From: an uncultured archaeon
GTDB lineage: Archaea > Iainarchaeota > Iainarchaeia > Iainarchaeales > GCA-2688035
Reading direction: 5' to 3'
Length of the DNA: 64,000 nt
Assembly (NCBI GenBank): GCA_964354805.1
Contig: CAYHBD010000016.1
Span: 64,001 to 128,000, forward strand
Positions 48,416 through 56,708 of the stretch are shown piece after piece. The stretch's first letter is position 1. Each line of letters opens with the position of its first letter. The notes under the pieces are model-generated. The model was given only the letters and a program-made list of their open reading frames with translations. It did not search any database and was not told the DNA's origin. Made by a program: the position numbers and the translations under genes.

Positions 48416-51166
48416 CTATGCCGGCAGGCATCCTGTTCCTGCTTTCCATTGCTTCATTTTCTGCATTAGTGCGAGCATGCTTATTTCCCCTCTTTTCCAC
48501 TGGGGAATGTACTGGTTCATTAATGTCGGCGTGTCAACGCATTCTGGTGTTTGAGCGCAGCCGCTTTTGTCAAGCGTGCATTGTGCCGTGCATCCAAGTG
48601 TTCCTCCAAAATACCCCAAAGAAACGCAGCTTTCTCCAAAAAGGGCTGTTCCATCGCATTGTTCTCCCAAATCATCATCAACGCCGCCGTTGCCGCATGC
48701 TGTATATGATTCGCAGCCGTCACTCAAATTGCCATTGCTGTTTTGGTATCCTTCAAAGCAGCCATCGAAATGGCAGCTTCCTGCAACACAGCTGCTGAAA
48801 GCGTGCGGGTAATAGCATACATTGCTACAGCTGCCGCAGTTGAATGGGTCATTCTGCAAATTAAATGGTTCGTCTATTGGTGTGCTCCAAGTTGCTGTTG
48901 AACTAGAGCTTGTCCAGTACCGCGCGTCTCCATCATTGTCAGCGCCGTCGCATATTTCAATTCCTGGGTTGTCTTTTAGCGTGTTCCAGCTGTATTCTGC
49001 AGTGTTTACTACTCCACCAACATTGTTGTAGAATTCGTGGTCTATTATGCCAAGCGCGTTGTATTTGTTTGCAAGATATGACCACCATTTGATGGCTGTT
49101 TCATCATACCATGGTCCCCCAAAAAATTCAAAACCAAGGGTGTTGTAAAGGTTAGGGCCGTTTTCCATGTTTAGATACTGATTGTTTGTGGTATACCACC
49201 AATCGATTGGAACAACGTTTTCCCTTTTCAATAAATCCAGCGCATGCCAGCTTTTTCCAGTTTGGCCGCCGTACATAGCCTGATATGATTCAACGCCGCC
49301 GTTGTGGAACGGGCTTATCATGTCATCCCATATAAGCACTTTTGTGTCTGCGTTGTAGCTGTGGATTATGTCAACCATTTTGTTCAAAAACTTTCCAAGC
49401 ACCTGATAGTTCTCAAAGCCCCTTTTCTTTGACCTGCTATCCCTGTTGAATCCCCTGATTTCATCCATTCCAATGAAAACAAAGTCAGGTTTCTTCTCCA
49501 TTGTGCTTTTTATATTGTTTCTGTATTCATCAAGCACTGCAGGGTCTGAGAGGCTTGCATACTCATTTCTTGTTTGCTGGAAATTTACAATAAAGTCGTA
49601 GTCTATTGCAACCTCTGCACCGGGCAATATCCTGCCACCTTCAACTCTTTGAACAGTTGTTTTTTTTCCAGCCAGTGGGTTGCTGAAATTGAATTCCCCT
49701 GTTGTGCTCAACGTGTAGTCCGTGCCTTCGGTGTATTTCACTGTTCTATCCTTATTCCAAACCTGCAGCCCAGTATCTGGCGTCCTAATCACATTCCTTA
49801 GGGCTTTTGTCAGGTCAATTAATTCAAAGTCGTCAAGCCACCATGTTACTGGCTCGCAGAACATGGCCCTGCTGTAAATGGTAAATCCTGCCGCGCCATT
49901 AAAAGAAGTGAACATCAAAAAATATTGCTTCCACTCCCCGCTGTTATCCGTTATGTTGCCATTGTAGTATACACTTGCTCCCCCTATAATAAGAGTGTTC
50001 CCTGGCTCATCTTTCATAACAACAGTGAATTGCGGCTGCCTGTCATTGTTGTTTGGGTCGTTTTTTTTCGCCCAAAAAGTGAACATGTAAATCTTGTCTG
50101 ACTCAATTGGGATCTGGCTTTCTGTCAGAAAATAGCTGCTTGAATCAAGCCCCAATGTATGTTCAGCAACCATCTTTACAGAGCAGTTGCCTGAATGGCT
50201 TTGCGTGCAATCCCTTGTCCACTGTCCTCTCTGCTGCTCTATTGGATAGTTTGAATATTTCCAGCCATCCGGAACTCCGTCTCCATCTTCATCAAATTCC
50301 AAATCAGGGTTTGGCAGTTCAACCCCGCCTGCTGGCTCTGCAATGCCAGAGCTGTTGAACCTGAATGGGGCATTGTATGCCCACACACCTTCATGGAGGT
50401 TTTTTCCTTGTCCTTCTGCATATGGTGGCAAGCCCAGCTTTGTAGAAGTGAAGAAGTGCCTGTCCCTTACATACTCAGTCAGCGGGCCATTGATCCAAAT
50501 ATTGTATTTGTATTTGGCTAAGTGTTCAACCCAGGCTTCTTGTGTGCCGTAGTAGGGAGGCCAATCTTGTCTGCTGTAAGGGTCCCATATAGTGGGTTCA
50601 GTTCCTCCATAGAACCCCCTTATTTTTAAGTCAGGCCAGTCTGTTATTTTTGCATTTGGCAGAATTATGCTGCTGCCCTCTTTTTTCAGCAGCCAAGTGA
50701 GTGAAACAACGCCGTAGAATGTTCCTGCTGTCGTGTTCCCCAAAATTAGAATCTGGTTTGGCTGAATTATGAGAACATATCCTTGGTTGAATTTATCTTG
50801 TGTCAATTCGTTGTTTATGTTGATTCCTGCGCTGCTTGCGATTGCTGCTATTGCTGCATTTGTGTTCGGGTTTCCTATTACGATTCTTTTCTCTGCTGGC
50901 ATTGCAGTTATGTCAACTATTCCAAGGCTAGTTCCCAATGCCGCGCTTATTTTTTTATTTAAGTCGGTTGCTGCAAAGCTGTCTTCTGTTGCCAGGTCAG
51001 CCGCAATTTTCCAGCTGCTGTCAATGCTTACTGCTGTTGTTGAGAGAGTTTGAATGCTTTTTGGCTTTGGGATTATTGTTGCCGGGTCAATCGGCTGGGC
51101 ATAGCTGGCTGTAGCCAAAAGCAACAGGAAAAATGCGATTGCAACAATTATTGTTTTTTGCTTCAA
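48416..51166 (-). CDS. Secreted GH20-like hexosaminidase with CBM4/9-like insert and shared C-terminal tag
   Basis: IIPKPK, GYVL, GTFYGV.SL, ITDWPD..RG; IGMDE and WDDM; Cys-rich repeats; QWKRGEISML tag. Confidence 0.72.
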   Translation of the reverse strand: MKQKTIIVAIAFFLLLLATASYAQPIDPATIIPKPKSIQTLSTTAVSIDSSWKIAADLATEDSFAATDLNKKISAALGTSLGIVDITAMPAEKRIVIGNPNTNAAIAAIASSAGININNELTQDKFNQGYVLIIQPNQILILGNTTAGTFYGVVSLTWLLKKEGSSIILPNAKITDWPDLKIRGFYGGTEPTIWDPYSRQDWPPYYGTQEAWVEHLAKYKYNIWINGPLTEYVRDRHFFTSTKLGLPPYAEGQGKNLHEGVWAYNAPFRFNSSGIAEPAGGVELPNPDLEFDEDGDGVPDGWKYSNYPIEQQRGQWTRDCTQSHSGNCSVKMVAEHTLGLDSSSYFLTESQIPIESDKIYMFTFWAKKNDPNNNDRQPQFTVVMKDEPGNTLIIGGASVYYNGNITDNSGEWKQYFLMFTSFNGAAGFTIYSRAMFCEPVTWWLDDFELIDLTKALRNVIRTPDTGLQVWNKDRTVKYTEGTDYTLSTTGEFNFSNPLAGKKTTVQRVEGGRILPGAEVAIDYDFIVNFQQTRNEYASLSDPAVLDEYRNNIKSTMEKKPDFVFIGMDEIRGFNRDSRSKKRGFENYQVLGKFLNKMVDIIHSYNADTKVLIWDDMISPFHNGGVESYQAMYGGQTGKSWHALDLLKRENVVPIDWWYTTNNQYLNMENGPNLYNTLGFEFFGGPWYDETAIKWWSYLANKYNALGIIDHEFYNNVGGVVNTAEYSWNTLKDNPGIEICDGADNDGDARYWTSSSSTATWSTPIDEPFNLQNDPFNCGSCSNVCYYPHAFSSCVAGSCHFDGCFEGYQNSNGNLSDGCESYTACGNGGVDDDLGEQCDGTALFGESCVSLGYFGGTLGCTAQCTLDKSGCAQTPECVDTPTLMNQYIPQWKRGEISMLALMQKMKQWKAGTGCLPA

Positions 51167-51210
51167 TTTGAATCAATTAGAATAAGTGCTTCATTCAATA
51201 AAAATTTAAT
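51167..51210 (-). promoter_or_regulatory. Shared promoter region, copy 2
   Basis: TCAATTAGAATAAGTGCTT....AATAAAAATTTAAT on + strand. Confidence 0.65.
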
Positions 51211-51244
51211 CCTTTATTTAATTACATTTATTCACAGGATTTTT

Positions 51245-52375
51245 ATGCCAGGCAACATTTTTGCAAAAAAGGCAAGGATTCACGAGCTGTTCAAGGACGA
51301 GCGCTTCCTTTACCCCGAGTATGTTCCGGAGCGTTTGCCCCACAGGGATGCCGAGGTTGATTCCCTTGTTTTTGCACTGCAGCCTGTATTGCAGGGGAAA
51401 AAGCCACAGAATGTTTTTGTTTCCGGAAAAAGTGGAACAGGAAAAACAGCAACAGTGCGCTTTGTTCTGAACGAATTGCAGCAGTACAGTGACAGGGCAA
51501 AAGGGCTTTACATCAATTGCTTCCAGTTCAACACAAGGCATTCAGTTCTAACGCAGATTGCGAACTTTTTGGGCGAGGCAACCCCACGAAGAGGGATTGC
51601 TTCAGATGAAACATACAGCCATATGCTGAAGGCATTGCAGTCCATAAATTTTGTGCCGGTAATTGTACTGGACGAAGCAGACCAATTAATGCATGAAAAA
51701 GAGGCAAGCAAGCTGTTCTATGACCTACTGCGCGTTATTGAACAGCACCACAAGGGCTTTGGCCTGGTTTTCATTAGCAATGTTGCAGAATTCACCGCAT
51801 TGCTTGATGCAAGGGTAAAAAGCAGCCTTGCGGAGCAAACAATCTGCTTCGAGCAGTATTCACCCCAACAGCTTAAGGACATTCTGAGGGAGAGAGCCCA
51901 GTATGCTTTTTTTCCAAATGCCCTTGAGCCAGATGTAATAAATGTTGCTGCTGCCCATGCAGCAAAATTCGGCGGGGATGCAAGGATTGCAATAGAGTGC
52001 CTTTTGAAAGCAGGGAGGGAAGCTGAAAGGGAGAACGCCCTCAAGGTTACAGTGCAGCATTTGCAGAAGGTTTTCCCCCTGATTGATTCAGCCGCCTTGC
52101 AGAAAGCGATTAATTATTTGGGCGAGCACGAGAAAGCAATCCTGCAATCGATTCCTGCAAACCAGGTAATTGCAAGCGGGGATTTGTTCGCTGCCTACAA
52201 AAAAGCTGTAAAGAAGCCGTTCTCGCAAAGGCAGTTCAGGACAATGAGGGCAAACCTGGAGAGAATGCATTTGATTAATTGCAAAGAAGCCGCAAAGGGA
52301 AAAATGGGCAGGACAGTGTTTATTTCCCTTGCTTTTCCCAAAAGCAGGCTTGAGCCATCCACCACAAACAAATAA
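51245..52375 (+). CDS. cdc6: Cdc6/Orc1 replication initiator
   Basis: YVPERLPHRD, GKSGTGKT, VLDEAD, GDAR.AI, C-terminal wHTH (GRT). Confidence 0.94.
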   Translation: MPGNIFAKKARIHELFKDERFLYPEYVPERLPHRDAEVDSLVFALQPVLQGKKPQNVFVSGKSGTGKTATVRFVLNELQQYSDRAKGLYINCFQFNTRHSVLTQIANFLGEATPRRGIASDETYSHMLKALQSINFVPVIVLDEADQLMHEKEASKLFYDLLRVIEQHHKGFGLVFISNVAEFTALLDARVKSSLAEQTICFEQYSPQQLKDILRERAQYAFFPNALEPDVINVAAAHAAKFGGDARIAIECLLKAGREAERENALKVTVQHLQKVFPLIDSAALQKAINYLGEHEKAILQSIPANQVIASGDLFAAYKKAVKKPFSQRQFRTMRANLERMHLINCKEAAKGKMGRTVFISLAFPKSRLEPSTTNK

Positions 52376-52415
52376 AAACCTTATTAACCCATTAATTTTA
52401 ATCGGTGAGTAATGG

Positions 52416-53456
52416 GTGGCTAAAAAGGGTGCTGGGAAAAAGTCTGCCAAAAAAGGCAGGGCTGGGAAGAGGGCAAAGCCAGCCGCTGTTTCTAAAGTAG
52501 TTAAACGGGACATTAAGTCCTTGCAAAAAGGGTTGAAGAAAGAGATTTCCCTGACAAAAAAGGTCAGCAGGAAAGCAGGCAAGCAGGAGAACCAGCTTGA
52601 TTTGCTTGCAAAAGAGATTGAAAAGCTTAAGAAGAAAAAGAAGAGGTCTGCCCTCTCTGAATACAACAAGTTCATGAGACAGCAGATAAGGAAAGGGCTT
52701 TCTTTCAGGCAGGCTGTAAGGGAGTGGAACAAGAGGAAAAAGGCGCTTGCAAAAAAGACCAAGAAACCAACAGCATACAACGTGTTTGTTTCAATGCAGT
52801 TAAAGCAAGGCAAAACAATGAAGCAGGCTATCGCAGCATGGAACAGGCTGAAGAATCCTGCCAAGAGAAAAAGACCGGCAGGAAAAAAGTTTGCGGTTGC
52901 AAAGCCAAAAGCAAAGGCACTAAAAAAGAGGCCTGCAAAGAGAAAGGCAGCAAAGCCGAGAAAAAAGCCAGTGAAGAGGAAGGCAGCAAAGCCAAGGAAA
53001 AAGAGGGTTGTGAGGCGCAGAAGGCCTGTTAAGAGGCGGATTGTGAAGCCCAAGAGAAAGATGGTTTTAAGGCGGAAGCTGCCTGTTGTAAAGCCAAAGC
53101 GCATTGTGCGCAGGGTTACTGTTGAAAAGCCGGTTATTTTGACAAAACAAGTTTTCCCCAAAGAAGAGATTGTACTGCTTATTGAGAAAGCGATTGAAAA
53201 GCTTTCATCGGCAGAAAAGCGGGTTGTTGTAGAATCAAGGGCAATTTCAGCCCAAAAGGGCGAACTACTTTGCGATGAAGAGGTTGCGCTCAGAATGCTC
53301 AATGTTTATTTCTCTGAGATAGCGAGGTATGGCCTGAAAAGGAAGCTTACTCTTGATGAAGTGATTAACGCCTACTTTTATGCATTGCTGCGGATTGAGA
53401 GAAAGGGCATTGAAATCAATGAAATAAAGGAAGCAATGCTCAGGAAAGGAATGTAG
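52416..53456 (+). CDS. Very basic Lys/Arg-rich protein with two YABBY/HMG-like helical repeats and a helical C-domain
   Basis: SEYNKFMR..W and TAYNVFVS..W repeats; KRKAAKPRKK repeats. Confidence 0.75.
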   Translation: MAKKGAGKKSAKKGRAGKRAKPAAVSKVVKRDIKSLQKGLKKEISLTKKVSRKAGKQENQLDLLAKEIEKLKKKKKRSALSEYNKFMRQQIRKGLSFRQAVREWNKRKKALAKKTKKPTAYNVFVSMQLKQGKTMKQAIAAWNRLKNPAKRKRPAGKKFAVAKPKAKALKKRPAKRKAAKPRKKPVKRKAAKPRKKRVVRRRRPVKRRIVKPKRKMVLRRKLPVVKPKRIVRRVTVEKPVILTKQVFPKEEIVLLIEKAIEKLSSAEKRVVVESRAISAQKGELLCDEEVALRMLNVYFSEIARYGLKRKLTLDEVINAYFYALLRIERKGIEINEIKEAMLRKGM

Positions 53457-53467
53457 GTGAACAATGC

Positions 53468-53758
53468 ATGGCTGGATTGAGCAATGAAGAGATTGCGGCA
53501 AGGATTGTGCAAATCTATTTTGAGGAAGTTGCAAGGCTTGGCTTCAGGAGAAAGCTTTCGCTTGATGAAACAATAAACTCATACTATTACACTCTGCTTC
53601 GCTTGGGCAAAAAGAGAGAGGAAGAGGAAAAAGCCAAAGCGCTTGTTCTAAAGGAAGAAGCAGAACTTAAAACAGAAACAAAACAAGAAATTCTGCCGAG
53701 CCAGCAAACAGTCACAACAACAAAAACAGTTGAAACAATGACAACAAGAAAAGAGTAA
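53468..53758 (+). CDS. Hypothetical protein paralogous to C-domain of upstream gene
   Basis: EEIAARIVQIYFEEVARLGFRRKLSLDETINSYYY; AGGTGA RBS. Confidence 0.8.
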   Translation: MAGLSNEEIAARIVQIYFEEVARLGFRRKLSLDETINSYYYTLLRLGKKREEEEKAKALVLKEEAELKTETKQEILPSQQTVTTTKTVETMTTRKE

Positions 53759-53778
53759 GCGAAGAGAAATAAGTTTCT

Positions 53779-54267
53779 TTATTTCCTTTGAATTCTGGGA
53801 ACCCTGCTTGTTTTCCTGCGTTTGAATGCCAGCCTTTCATTCATTGTTGGGTTTCCTGAATATCTCCCCCTTATTGTTTCAGCATTTGGGTATCTCCAAG
53901 AATTCGGGTGCTGCATTGCGTATTCTTTACCAAAAACAGGGATTGCACCTTTGAGAAGCATTCTTCCTGCTGCACGCCTAAAGTTGATATCTTTGAAAGG
54001 CCCTTCTTCAATCGGGAACCACCTTATTTTACTGATCAGCTGCAGCGAGCGTGCATTGGACAGGAGAGGGGCCATAGCGTTTTTTACATGCTCGTTGCCT
54101 CTACATACTATAACCACATCAATGTCTGATTTCGGCACTGCCATGTTTGCTGCAACGCTTCCGCAGACAAAAACAGCTTTCAAATTCTCGCCCATGCGCT
54201 TTTGCAGTTCTGCGGCAAACTTGTGCGCTTGCTGCATTTTTTGTTTCGAAGGAGTCAACTTTGCCAT
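53779..54267 (-). CDS. Minimal nucleotidyltransferase (MNT/pol-beta fold)
   Basis: GSVA......SDIDV motif; GGAGG RBS. Confidence 0.85.
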   Translation of the reverse strand: MAKLTPSKQKMQQAHKFAAELQKRMGENLKAVFVCGSVAANMAVPKSDIDVVIVCRGNEHVKNAMAPLLSNARSLQLISKIRWFPIEEGPFKDINFRRAAGRMLLKGAIPVFGKEYAMQHPNSWRYPNAETIRGRYSGNPTMNERLAFKRRKTSRVPRIQRK

Positions 54268-54403
54268 ATGAGCCTCCTGCTTTGTTTTTTTTCTTCTTTT
54301 TAATTTATGCCCTTATTCTTCGCTTTATCGGCAGCCTCAGCTGAATTATTGTGCCCCTGTTTGGGCCATAAGAGGCAGTCGCCAAACTTGTTATATATCG
54401 TAA

Positions 54404-54847
54404 TTACCGCTTTCTCCCCATTATCATTACCGCATCTTGTATATCCCCAAAATAAGCGCCGAATTCATGTAACAGATCTTCAGTTTTGTGTAACCCCAAT
54501 GTTATCGGGTTTGTATTAATTACGCTTGTCATTTGTCCTCTCTTAACAAAATATTCCCCGCAAAGAACAGCCAGTTCGTATTTTCCTTCCCATATTTGTT
54601 TTCTCCTTTCCAAAAATTCGTCACGTTTCCTTTTGAGAACCGATAAATCTTTTTCTTCAAAGCAATCAACTGAGTATGCTTTGACATCGGTCCCAAGTTT
54701 TTCAGTAGCAGTTATCAATGCAGCAGCTTTTTGTCGCATTGTCCTCATTACGGCGATTTTCTTTGCCGTCGACAGGTTGAGGAATTTTTTTGAAAGCAAA
54801 TTTCTTGGAACTCTCCTGATGTAATTCCTTTTCTGCATAAAAATCAC
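54404..54847 (-). CDS. Hypothetical protein
   Basis: 147 aa AT-rich ORF; GTG overlaps the stop of the stranded ychF tail (alternative ATG 54838). Confidence 0.6.
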   Translation of the reverse strand: MIFMQKRNYIRRVPRNLLSKKFLNLSTAKKIAVMRTMRQKAAALITATEKLGTDVKAYSVDCFEEKDLSVLKRKRDEFLERRKQIWEGKYELAVLCGEYFVKRGQMTSVINTNPITLGLHKTEDLLHEFGAYFGDIQDAVMIMGRKR

Positions 54848-54921
54848 TAGTGGCTCAGCTGTATTTTCACGACATCGTTCATTTTCAAAGCATGTTCTTT
54901 CCCTAATTTTTGTTTGCTTCT
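54847..54921 (-). pseudogene. Displaced old 3' end of ychF
   Basis: RSKQKLGKEHALKMNDVVKIQLSH* versus RTGQKISDEYELRYDDVIKILLKH* (11/24 identical, ungapped, same stop position). Confidence 0.85.
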
Positions 54922-55000
54922 TCTTTTGAGTGCATCTATTCTATAGATGGGTTTAACTCTTTAAATTAGTTTCTAAAACGCCCTTGTCAATTTTTGTTTT

Positions 55001-55165
55001 CATCTCATCACCTCCCTTGGATTGAATTTTTTCTTAGGACTCTGCTTTTCTCGGCTTAAACCTTTCCCTGCCTTATTGCAGGTCGGCTTCGCCTAAAGGT
55101 TTAATGCCTCCAAAAGCAGCAGAGACGTCCACGAAAAAATTCATTAAATTGGAGGTGATTCGATG
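55001..55165. other. Long imperfect inverted repeat / structured element with outward-facing RBS+ATG at both ends
   Basis: ATCACCTCC/GGAGGTGAT, TGAATTTTTTC/GAAAAAATTCA, CTGCTTTT/AAAAGCAG, TTAAACCTTT/AAAGGTTTAA, two inner hairpins. Confidence 0.75.
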
Positions 55166-55306
55166 GATTTCAAAAAATTCGATTTTCCTCTTCCAACAGA
55201 GGAGGAAATAAGGGTTGTAAAAGAGATAGCAAAAGTTGCTTCAGAGGAGCTGGATGGAAGGGATATGTGGATTTTGCGGGAGTTCTTGGAGAGTGATTCC
55301 GAATGA
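55163..55306 (+). CDS. Small acidic hypothetical protein (47 aa, absent from ORF track)
   Basis: GGAGGTGA RBS; MDFKKFDFPLPTEEEIRVVKEIAKVASEELDGRDMWILREFLESDSE*. Confidence 0.6.
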   Translation: MDFKKFDFPLPTEEEIRVVKEIAKVASEELDGRDMWILREFLESDSE

Positions 55307-55439
55307 ATCACTCTTCTTCCACTTCCACAGGAAATCTTTCCGCATGCGCAGCTGACAGCGGAAGTTTTCATAAGGAAAAAGCAGCGGAAGCCCGCTCTCT
55401 TCCAAGGGTGTTTATAATGAGAAAAAAGGGGGTTTTATT

Positions 55440-56708
55440 ATGGGTGTTGAGGAGTTAGACTTTGATTTATTCGAATTGCATGATCCAAAAGACGACAAAA
55501 AGCCGTATTTTTGGACGAAAATTGGAGGCAAAGAGATTCAATCACTATTCGAAGATTTAGTTAATAATATTTGTAAAACAAAAAATGTGAATAAAAATGA
55601 GCTGGCTAAAGAATTAAGCAAAGAGCTGGGTTGCTGTGTTTCACTTTTGCAAAAATATTTTTATTCCAAAAGGGATCTTTATCCAATCCCTTTAATCAAC
55701 CGATTACTAGACCTGCTTGAGAATGAAAATAAAAAAATGCAAATGAAAAGTTTATTTTCTAAAAAGATTGAATACTTAAAGATCGGGGGCTCTAGCCAAA
55801 GACAAAGGGCGGTTAAATATTTGACGCCAGAACAGGCAAAACTTTGCGGAGCAATTGTTGCCGATGGGTGTTTAGTAAAATCTAAAGTTGGAGAGCACGG
55901 GATTGTCATTAGGGATTATTACAAGAAAGCATTAGCAAAGACAAACGCTTGGTTCAACCAAGCCCTTGGCATTTCTTCTGTTGTGAGAAAGGACAAAGGG
56001 AAACCAAGCCATTTTCTAAAAATCGATAACAAAATTGCTGCAAATTTTTTTAACAAATTTTTTGAGATACCATTTGGAAAAAAATCAGCAATTGTTAAGG
56101 AACCACAGATAATTAAACATTCCCCATACAGGCTAGACTTTGCAGAAGGGGCACTTCTGTTTGATGGAAGTGTTGAGTTGGACTACCTGGTTTCCTATGG
56201 GACAATCAGTAAAAAGTTAGCAGAAGATTTGCTCGAAATTCTAACCCTAAATGGCTTTGAAATTGAATTAAGATATTTCAAAACAACTGGTCTGTATAGA
56301 TTACGAACTAAAAGATTAACAAGGGAGCAAACAGACAAATGGATTGCCTTTTTTGGCAAAGACACTGAGAAAGGCAGTAAGCTTTATCAAATGACTTACG
56401 GCTTTCCAAATAGGGTGGGCTCTGTGGGTTATTTCATGTTTGCAATTTCAAATTTCTGCAATTTTGCAAACAGTTCAAAGATTTCAATTAAAGACGTCTT
56501 CGCCGCAATAAAAGAAAATAATTGCGTAACAAAGGCGACTTTGAAAGATATTCTAAGAATTGGAACAAGCACTCTTTACAAATATTTATGGATCCTAGAA
56601 AAAACAAACTCAATCAAAGCTGAAAAATTTAATGGCGGTGAAAATAGAGAAAACAAATATTCTTACAATCCAAATATTTGGGAATGGCGTGCGCCATCAA
56701 AGCTTTAA
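55440..56708 (+). mobile_element. Free-standing HTH-LAGLIDADG-wHTH homing endonuclease gene (copy 2)
   Basis: AKLCGAIVADG and DFAEGALLFDG motifs; shares DLF.LHDP N-terminus, YP, EPQIIK and NP.I..W..P C-terminus with copy 1. Confidence 0.85.

Noticed and set aside
51167-51244. Replication origin beside cdc6
   Set aside because: The gap is only 78 nt, holds divergent promoter sequence, and shows no recognisable ORB repeats or G-strings.
52088-53302. 404-aa minus-strand ORF
   Set aside because: Phe/Leu-rich antisense shadow of the Lys-rich gene and cdc6.
53779-54847. MNT-HEPN toxin-antitoxin pair
   Set aside because: The partner ORF lacks a clear Rx4-6H HEPN motif and is separated from the MNT by 136 nt.
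55144-55371. Minus-strand ORF with AVSCACGKIS as a ychF remnant
   Set aside because: Similarity is short and gapped; the convincing remnant is at 54847-54921, and this ORF is antisense to an RBS-led ORF.
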